From the NCBI RefSeq assembly GCF_003334385.1, contig NZ_QOWN01000036.1: a DNA stretch of 43,104 nt. The stretch is one strand, 5' to 3'. Below the pieces are notes generated by a model. It was not told the origin of the DNA and made no database searches. It saw only the letters and a program-made list of their open reading frames with translations. How positions within the stretch are numbered: position 1 is the stretch's first letter; every line of letters begins with the position of its first letter. This document shows, piece by piece, positions 34,113-43,104 of this stretch. A program made the translations under genes and the position numbers. This stretch comes from Escherichia coli (GTDB lineage Bacteria > Pseudomonadota > Gammaproteobacteria > Enterobacterales > Enterobacteriaceae).

Positions 34113-34900
34113 TGCTGGCAGCCAGGGCACCAGTAAAACGGGCGAGATGACAGCGTGGTTTTCTCAATGATGCTGCCACAACGTTCGCACGGTTCGCCAT
34201 CTCGATGAAAAACCTTAAAGCGAAACAGCGCCCCATGATGCTTATTCTCATCCACCTGCCCCCGCGTAGCGTAGGAAAATCGAGGAATCTCCAGTAACGC
34301 GTGTGCGAGTGCATCCAGTTGCGCCGCATTGAGATCTTTCGCTTTATGATTTCCAGTCAACCCAACCTGCCAGAGGATCTCCACCCGCAAATAATTGCCA
34401 AGCCCAGCCAGAAACGCCTGATCGAGCAGTAATCCAGCAAACTGACGGTTACGAAAGCGCGGCGACAATAATCGTTCTTTCACCACCTCCGGCGTCAGAT
34501 TCGGATCCAGCACATCGGGACCAACGCGTTGTAAAAACGGATGCGTGGTCAGTTGTTCCGGGGTCAACATCTCAATATCCGAGGCGCTATAAAGCAGAAT
34601 GGTTTTGTCAGCCGTTTGCAGTTTTACCCGCAATACTCGCGTGGTCTGCGGCTCTTCGCCGGTATCAACCACGCGCCAGACGCCGTAAAGCTGATTATGG
34701 CTGTAGAGCGTTAAGTCGTTGGAAAAATGAGTTAACAACGCCTTACCACGCGTTTCCACATGGGTAACGTGTTGACCGATAAGTTGTGATTGATAAGGTT
34801 TTAACTGCGGGAAGGCAAACCAGACATCAGTTAGTGGTTTGCCTTTGATCGCCGCCTCCAGGTTATCCGCTGCACGGCGGATCTCCGGGCCTTCAGGCAT
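34109..34900 (-). CDS. nei: Endonuclease VIII (DNA glycosylase/AP lyase)
   Basis: 263-aa ORF with N-terminal MPEGPEIRR catalytic motif and C-terminal zinc finger ([25 protein letters not shown]). Confidence 0.95.
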
Positions 34901-34935
34901 GGTGATATCCTTTTTTCATTCTTTATTAATCGGGG

Positions 34936-35670
34936 TTATGCTGCGACAACAATCCCCTTTTCGGCAAATGCAGAGCGTAGTCGGCGGGCGAACGCCAGTG
35001 CGTGCTCGCCGTCGCCATGCAGGCAGACCGTTTGCGCCGCGACCGTTGCCCATTCGCCGGTGATACTTTTGACTCTGCCGTGTTGCACCATCTCCAGCGT
35101 TTGCGCCAGCGCCTGTTCTTCGTTTTCAATCAACGCGCCTGACTGGCTTCGCGGCACCAGCGAGCCGTCAGCCTGATAACCGCGATCGGCAAACACTTCC
35201 TCGCGCGTTGTCAGACCATATTGCTTGCCTGCACGAATCAGCTCGCTTCCCGCCAGCCCGACGAGAATCAATGCTGGATCGCAAGCGTATACCGCTCTGG
35301 CGATGGCGTCTGCCAGTTGTGCTTCTTTCGCCGCCTGGTTGTACAACATGCCGTGCGGTTTGACATGACGCATTACGCCGCCTTGCGCACGGGCAATCGT
35401 TGCCAGCGCGCCAATTTGATACAGCGTCTGGGCGTAAACGGTTTCTGGCGGCAGCTGCATGGCGCTGCGACCAAAATTTTCCCTGTCGGGAAAACTCGGG
35501 TGAGCGCCAATCGCGACACCATTTTTTATTGCTTCACGCACGCAAGCCTGCATGATTTGCGCATCGCCTGCATGAAATCCACAGGCAATATTGGCAGAGG
35601 AAACCAGCGTTAATAGCTCTGCGTCGCTGGCGCAGCCTTCGCCCAGATCGGCGTTCAGGTCAATTTTCAT
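34936..35670 (-). CDS. pxpA: 5-oxoprolinase subunit A (LamB/YcsF family; YbgL)
   Basis: 244-aa ORF ([20 protein letters not shown]...). Confidence 0.92.
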
Positions 35671-36592
35671 TGTGCAGCCGCCACGCTAATTGTTCAAAAT
35701 AACGTTGCTGATCTTGCCGTGCTTTTAGTGCCTCTTCCAGTGAACACTGGACAAAATGAATCGGCTGACCGAGCGGAATTTGCGCCAGATGGTACATATC
35801 AGCCTCAATGATACAGGCAATACGCGGGTAACCACCGGTGGTCTGTGCGTCGTTCATCAACACAATCGGCTGCCCGTTATGTGGCACCTGCACCACGCCC
35901 GGTAACAAACCGTGAGATAACAGTTCGCGATCGGTGGTGCGTTTTAAAATTTGCCCCTGTAAGCGATAGCCCATGCGGTTACTTTGCGAGCTAAGCTGCC
36001 AGGGCGAACGCCAGAATGCATCCTGCGAGGCGCGATCGAACTCATGATATTCCGGCCCCGGCAAGGCGCGAATGCGGTTGCCCCACAGCAGCTGTTTAAC
36101 GCCCTGCGCTTCCATAGAATCACGCTTCGATTTGCCAATCGGGAGTCGGTCACCATCCTTCAGTAAACGGCCTTCCAGCCCGCCAATCCCCACTTTGAGA
36201 TCGGTGCTGCATGAGCCCATTACCGGCGGAACATCAATACCACCCGCGACCGCCAGATAACTGCGCATCCCGTGCTGCGGGCGTTTAAGCGTTAAACGCT
36301 GGCCTGCTTTCATCGGCAATCGCCAGCCGGTCCAGACGGCATTATCATCCAGCCGCGCTTCGCAACCGGCACCCGTCAGAGCAAACCACCCATCAGTTTC
36401 GAACTCAACAGTTAACTGACCGAGCGTGATCTCCAGCGCGGGGGCATTGGCGTCATTACCCACCAGTAGGTTAGCAATGCGTAACGCGGGCATATCCAGT
36501 GCGCCGCAGTGGCTGATACCCGACTGGCGAAAACCGTGACGACCGCCATCCTGCACAGTGGTATACATGCCCGCACGAATAATCTTCAGCAT
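35660..36592 (-). CDS. pxpC: 5-oxoprolinase subunit C (YbgK)
   Basis: 310-aa ORF; 11-nt overlap with pxpA. Confidence 0.92.
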
Positions 36593-37242
36593 ACTCCCTC
36601 CTTCTGCGGTACAAAGCGCACGCTGTCTCCCGGACGTAATAAGATGGGTTCGTCACGCGCCGGATCAAACAGGCTGAGTGAGGTATGACCAATCAACTGC
36701 CAGCCACCCGGCGTTGCCAGCGGATAAACACCAGTCTGCGGCCCGCCGATCCCGACAGAACCTGCCGGAACGAGTAAGCGCGGTTCAGCGCGCCGTGGCG
36801 TGTGTAGTTGTTCCGGCAAACTCCCGAGATACGGGAAGCCCGGTTGAAAACCTAAAAACCAGACCACGTATTCCACGGAGGAGTGCAATTCAACAACCTG
36901 TTTTTCGCTCAACCCGCAATGCGCCGCGACCACCGCCAAATCCGGTCCGCCTGCACCACCGTAAACCACCGGAATTTCAATAAAGCGAGACTCCGGCTCC
37001 AGCGCCTCGCTCTCCTCCCACCAGCGTTGCAAACGCTCTATGGCATCCAGCGCCAGCGACTCAGGATTACGCAAAATCACCGTGATATTGTTCATGCCGG
37101 GAATGGCTTCAACCACATTCGGCATATCCACCAGACGCTGCGCCAGTCGCCAGATCCGTTTCTGGCTAGCCAGCGTCACCGGCGGTTCCAGTTCCAGCAC
37201 TACCGCCGTTTCACCTATCAGATAACAACGCGCTCGTTGCAC
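36586..37242 (-). CDS. pxpB: 5-oxoprolinase subunit B (YbgJ)
   Basis: 218-aa ORF; 7-nt overlap with pxpC. Confidence 0.92.
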
Positions 37243-37264
37243 TTTCGATCCCTCTGATTATTCG

Positions 37265-38008
37265 TTATGCAGGATTAGGAATATCAATAAAGGTCACATC
37301 AAGATCGGTATTTTCATTCAGCCACTCGCTCAATGCGCGAATACCACCACGTTCAGTGGCATGGTGACCTGCAGCATAAAAATGCAATCCCTGCTCGCGG
37401 GCTGAATGAATGGTCTGTTCAGAAACTTCGCCAGTAATAAAAGCATCCACGCCAAAACGCGCGGCGCTATCGATAAAACTTTGCCCGCCGCCCGTGCACC
37501 AGGCGACGCGCTGGACCACCTCAGGTCCGGTATCGCCACACCATAACGGCTTACGTCCCAGACGCGCTTCAATCCAGGAAGCCAGCTCCAGTCCCGGCAC
37601 AGGCATGGTCAGTTCGCCCCACGGCACCAACGGCTCAATTTCGCCCATGACCGTGATCCCCAGTAACGCCGCCAGCTGTGCGTTATTGCCCAGCTCAGGA
37701 TGTGCGTCAAGCGGCAAATGCCAGCCATACAGGTTGATATCATTCGCCAGCAACGTTTTTAAACGGTTACGCTTCATTCCGCGAATGACCGGAGACTCTC
37801 CTTTCCAGAAGTAGCCATGATGCACAATGACCGCATCCGCGCCCAGACGCACTGCCTCATCGAGCAAAGCCTGGCTGGCGGTGACACCGGTAACAATTTT
37901 TTGCACCGTCTCTTTGCCTTCCACCTGCAAACCATTCGGCGCGTAATCACTAATCGCCGCGCTGTTCAGTTTTTCGTTAATCAGTTGTTCCAGTTCGGTG
38001 TTTTTCAT
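37265..38008 (-). CDS. ybgI: Nif3-family metal-binding protein YbgI (GTP cyclohydrolase 1 type 2 homologue)
   Basis: 247-aa ORF recognised as YbgI; first gene of the ybgI-pxpBCA-nei cluster. Confidence 0.92.
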   Translation of the reverse strand: MKNTELEQLINEKLNSAAISDYAPNGLQVEGKETVQKIVTGVTASQALLDEAVRLGADAVIVHHGYFWKGESPVIRGMKRNRLKTLLANDINLYGWHLPLDAHPELGNNAQLAALLGITVMGEIEPLVPWGELTMPVPGLELASWIEARLGRKPLWCGDTGPEVVQRVAWCTGGGQSFIDSAARFGVDAFITGEVSEQTIHSAREQGLHFYAAGHHATERGGIRALSEWLNENTDLDVTFIDIPNPA

Positions 38009-38095
38009 CTTCGCGCCTTCCGTATTCTGATAGCTACACCGTTAACATAGCGTTACCTCGCCAGTTCGTCGATAGCCAATCTTTTGACATATTAA

Positions 38096-39760
<1,665 letters not shown>

Positions 39761-39775
39761 TAGGCCAGCACCGAT

Positions 39776-39905
39776 GCCTGATGCGACGCTTGACGCGTCT
39801 TATCAGGCCTACGTATTTCCTGCAATTTATTGAATTTGCACAAATTTGTAGGCTGGATAAGGCGTTCACGCCGCATCCGGCATCTGGGCTCGATTGCCTG
39901 ACGCG
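39776..39905. repeat. REP/BIME (RIP-like) element in the convergent dtpD-phr spacer
   Basis: gcctgatgcgacgcttgacgcgtcttatcaggcctac and tgtaggctggataaggcgttcacgccgcatccggcat palindromes flanking ctgcaatttattgaatttgc. Confidence 0.6.
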
Positions 39906-39909
39906 TCTG

Positions 39910-41328
39910 TTATTTCCCCTTCCGCGCCGCCTCATACGCTGCCAACGTTTGTACTCTCGCTTCTTTGTGCTCGACTATCGGTTGCGGATAATCCAGCGTC
40001 ACACCTGCTTTCTGCGCCCACTTCCACGGCTCATGCACCACTTTCCCTGGCACATCGCGCAGTTCCGGTAGCCACTGGCGGATAAACTCGCCCTCATGAT
40101 CAAATTTCTCGCCCTGGGTTGTCGGGTTGAAAATACGAAAATACGGCGCTGCATCGGTTCCGGTTGAAGCGGCCCACTGCCAGCCACCGTTATTGGCTGC
40201 CAAATCACCATCAATCAGCTGCGACATGAAATATCGCTCGCCTTCGCGCCAGTCGATCAATAAATCTTTCACCAGAAAACTGGCTGTAATCATCCGTAGC
40301 CTGTTATGCATCCAGCCAGTGCTGTTAAGCTGACGCATAGCGGCATCAACAATCGGGTATCCCGTTTTGCCTTCCTGCCAGGCCTGTAAATGTGCGGGAT
40401 TGCTCTGCCACTGTACACGATCCGTCCAGGCAATAAATGGACGATGTTTACACAACGAGGGGTGATACGTTATCAGGTGACGGTAAAACTCGCGCCAGAT
40501 CAGCTCATTAAGCCAGACACTACCGGCCCCACCGTCCAGCGCCTGCGGCTGTTCAGCCAACAAGCGATGCAAGCACTGGCGAGGCGATAACCCGCCCGTT
40601 GCCAGGCTGGCCGACAAACGGCTGGTGCCTTCCACTGCCGGAAAATCTCGTTGTTGCTCATATTCTCCGGCACCGTTCTGGCAAAACTGGCGTAATTGCG
40701 CAATCGCCGCTTTTTCTTCCACCGGAAAATGCGCAGTATCGAAAGACTGACGAGGATAATTCAGCGTAATGGATGGCGAGGGCTCTATCGATCCGCTACT
40801 ACGAACTTTTGGCGCAGCGACGCACTCCGGCATCCCTTCCCGCAGCCGTTTCAGCCAGGCATTCTTAAAAGGCGTAAAGACTTTGTACATCTCGTGATTA
40901 CCGGTCATCACCGCGCCAGGCGGCAGGATCACGCTGTCATCAAATCCTTCACACACCACGTTACGCAGCGCTCTTTCAACTTCCACATCCCGCGCCCGCT
41001 CATTCACTTCATACTGATAGTTATAAAACAGGTGGGTAACGCTGTTTTCCGCGCACACCTGTTTAACTATTTCGACACTGGCGACAAAGTCATCCACTTC
41101 ACGGAACAATAAAGGAATACCTTTTTCCGCAAGCGCTATTTGTAGCCCATTCAGTTGAGCATTGATAAGTTCAGCCTGACGCGGCGACATGTTATGCGTC
41201 GCCCACTGGCGTGGTGTAGCGATATACAACGCCAGCACGCGTGCAGACGAATTGCGGCAGGCGGCAGCCAGTGCGAGATTATCGTGCAGACGTAAATCCT
41301 GGCGAAACCAGACCAGATGGGTAGTCAT
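39910..41328 (-). CDS. phr: Deoxyribodipyrimidine photolyase (CPD photolyase)
   Basis: 472-aa ORF (MTTHLVWFRQDLRLHDNLALAAA...) with photolyase/cryptochrome FAD-binding domain. Confidence 0.95.
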   Translation of the reverse strand: MTTHLVWFRQDLRLHDNLALAAACRNSSARVLALYIATPRQWATHNMSPRQAELINAQLNGLQIALAEKGIPLLFREVDDFVASVEIVKQVCAENSVTHLFYNYQYEVNERARDVEVERALRNVVCEGFDDSVILPPGAVMTGNHEMYKVFTPFKNAWLKRLREGMPECVAAPKVRSSGSIEPSPSITLNYPRQSFDTAHFPVEEKAAIAQLRQFCQNGAGEYEQQRDFPAVEGTSRLSASLATGGLSPRQCLHRLLAEQPQALDGGAGSVWLNELIWREFYRHLITYHPSLCKHRPFIAWTDRVQWQSNPAHLQAWQEGKTGYPIVDAAMRQLNSTGWMHNRLRMITASFLVKDLLIDWREGERYFMSQLIDGDLAANNGGWQWAASTGTDAAPYFRIFNPTTQGEKFDHEGEFIRQWLPELRDVPGKVVHEPWKWAQKAGVTLDYPQPIVEHKEARVQTLAAYEAARKGK

Positions 41329-41834
41329 AAAACTCCTGAATGGCGCAAGTTAATCACACGCGGCCAAAGTTCGAAATAACGCTGCCCTGAAAGCCAGGCG
41401 TCAGGATAAAGCGCCATATAGTGTTTGATACGCATCAGCGGCGCAAGAAGTGGTTGCTCGCCACGGCGATAACTGTCGATAAGCGCAGCCAGCTGCTGGC
41501 GTTCTGTGGAATCAATATGCGGGCGAAAATAACCCTGAACGTGCATCAAAACATTGGTGTGATCGCGCGGGTTGGCGGGGTGAGAAAGCAAAACAACTAC
41601 GCGTTGGCGGTACTGGTTGTAATAGTCATCCAGATTTTGCCACTGGTGAATATCAGCCACGAACGGGCCAAGTTTGCGGTACTCCGGCTGAGAATGCGCC
41701 AGAAAGACGAGTTTATAGCGGCTGTGATAATCGAGAAGCGCCCCGCGCGTTAAGCCATGTTCTTTCAGTCGATGTAACTCATGAAGGGCAAAGATACGGA
41801 TTAGGGTGCTGTCATCAAATCGTTGTAGATTCAT
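41325..41834 (-). CDS. ybgA: DUF1722-family protein YbgA, co-transcribed with phr
   Basis: 169-aa ORF whose stop overlaps the phr start (ATGA). Confidence 0.9.
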   Translation of the reverse strand: MNLQRFDDSTLIRIFALHELHRLKEHGLTRGALLDYHSRYKLVFLAHSQPEYRKLGPFVADIHQWQNLDDYYNQYRQRVVVLLSHPANPRDHTNVLMHVQGYFRPHIDSTERQQLAALIDSYRRGEQPLLAPLMRIKHYMALYPDAWLSGQRYFELWPRVINLRHSGVL

Positions 41835-41917
41835 TACTGCTCCTGAGCGGTTTACAGGAGTAAGTGTAGACGTTGAGAAATGATATTTGTGAAGTTAATC
41901 CTGTTGTAGCAGGACAA

Positions 41918-41977
41918 ATTTACGAAAGCCTGCTCCCCGCAAGGACTGACGTCAGGTAGTTTCTAACCATAGCTGCC
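41918..41977 (-). repeat. H-repeat (ISAs1-family) 3'-terminal segment, displaced downstream of truncated ybfD
   Basis: About 55 bp nearly identical to 42873-42930, which encodes the C-terminus of the ybfL ORF; here it translates as ...NYLTSVLAGSRLS* but is out of context after the ybfD stop. Confidence 0.6.
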
Positions 41978-41981
41978 CTTT

Positions 41982-42743
41982 CTATTCAAACGTGAAATCA
42001 ATAAGCTCATCAGGGACATCGCAAACAATATGAAGACGGGTTTCTTCTCTGCCGTGACTCTTTTCACTAATTGCGTAACTGTCATGCTTGGGATTATTTA
42101 ATTCTTTCAGCGGAAATTTTTCCTCGAAGGCTTTATTTAGCCGCCCCTGGTTTCCTTTTACAGCGAATAAATAATCACCTCCCTGTTTTTGTATCTTCTC
42201 TGCAATATCTTTCTGGCAACCCATCGCATCAGTTGTGATGATTTTTCCTTTAATATCCAGCATGTTAAGAAGTTCAGGGATAGCTGTGATCTCATTGGAT
42301 TTCTTATCCGTCTTGATCTGTCCGATGACCAGACTGTGCATTGTTGAGAACGCACTAATGACATGAATCGCTCCCTTACGGCGACTCTTGTCATAAGAAT
42401 GCCGGTGTATTTTTCCATCAATTGCGATGACGTCTTTATCATCTGAAGAATGGTAGTCAAGCATCCAGTTAATAAAGCTCTCATGAAATTTCGCAGGACA
42501 GATACAGGATACAACTCTGGCAATGGTATCGTGAACAGGAATACCATTTTCAAAATCACCATATTGCTTCAAAAAATCGGGATGTGTTTCCCCAAAATCC
42601 TCTATATCTTCCCAGCCTTCTGCACCAGAAATAACGGCACAAATAGTCAACAGTAGAATATCCGATAATTTATGTTCCACTTTCCAGGCTTGTCTGTAAT
42701 CGGGGATAATAGAAATATGTTCCATCAATTTTTTAAGTTCCAT
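41982..42743 (-). CDS. ybfD: H repeat-associated protein YbfD (ISAs1-family transposase, C-terminally truncated)
   Basis: 253-aa ORF with DDE-transposase-like sequence, ending abruptly at DFTFE* where full-length H-repeat proteins continue. Confidence 0.88.
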   Translation of the reverse strand: MELKKLMEHISIIPDYRQAWKVEHKLSDILLLTICAVISGAEGWEDIEDFGETHPDFLKQYGDFENGIPVHDTIARVVSCICPAKFHESFINWMLDYHSSDDKDVIAIDGKIHRHSYDKSRRKGAIHVISAFSTMHSLVIGQIKTDKKSNEITAIPELLNMLDIKGKIITTDAMGCQKDIAEKIQKQGGDYLFAVKGNQGRLNKAFEEKFPLKELNNPKHDSYAISEKSHGREETRLHIVCDVPDELIDFTFE

Positions 42744-42873
42744 TTTGTTCTCCTTAATTATGTAAGAAGTATTTGATCATGTATAAGCAATAAAAAACAG
42801 CTTCAGGTAATAAGGAATATCTCAATTTTTAAACATAAAATGCGAATTATTTAGTACAAAAAGCAGGGAAAGA

Positions 42874-43104
42874 TTACGAAAGCCCGCTCCCCGCAAGGAC
42901 TGACGCGAGATAGTTTCTATCCATGGCTGCTTTTCGCATCTTACGTCTTAACCCTGCCTTGAATACCTTATCATTCGTTAAAATATTAATAGCGATGTGC
43001 CGTATCCCTGAAAATAATTCTGCGGCGTTTCCTCTTCTTATTTTGCAGTCGTCTTCATTCATTACCACGTCCAGACGCCAGTGCAGCTTATTCTCCACGT
43101 GCCA
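42874..43104 (-). CDS. ybfL: H repeat-associated protein (ISAs1-family transposase), 3' portion; continues beyond window
   Basis: 74 aa visible (…[35 protein letters not shown]…[16 protein letters not shown]), matching the conserved C-terminus of ISAs1/H-repeat transposases; the ORF is open at the window edge. Confidence 0.8.
   Translation of the reverse strand, partial: WHVENKLHWRLDVVMNEDDCKIRRGNAAELFSGIRHIAINILTNDKVFKAGLRRKMRKAAMDRNYLASVLAGSGLS

Overview
This window reads as a conserved Escherichia coli K-12-type core chromosome segment (about 16.5 to 17.5 min, reverse-complemented relative to the reference). I recognised the genes from the translated ORFs by memory; no search was run. In window order: valT (partial) and lysT tRNAs; the tol-pal operon ybgC-tolQRA-tolB-pal-cpoB (minus strand); cydAB-cydX-ybgE; mngR and the divergent mngAB; the TCA-cycle cluster sdhCDAB-sucABCD with divergent gltA; the cryptic chaperone-usher fimbrial operon ybgD-ybgQ-ybgP-ybgO; abrB; nei with pxpBCA and ybgI; dtpD; the ybgA-phr operon; and RhsC-linked H-repeat (ISAs1-family) remnants ybfD and partial ybfL at the right edge. 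Intergenic spacers carry REP/BIME palindrome clusters, several stem-loop terminators, a perfect FNR-type box upstream of cydA, and a likely 3'UTR sRNA (sdhX) after sucD. The 37-codon cydX is absent from the ORF track and was found by manual translation. I see no evidence of a novel or undescribed system here: gene content and spacing match the known layout, with no insertion and no CRISPR array. The least characterised parts are the ybgDQPO fimbriae, ybgA, ybgI, ybgE and the H-repeat fragments. Several long ORFs in the track are antisense artefacts inside sucA, sdhA, cydB and tolA.
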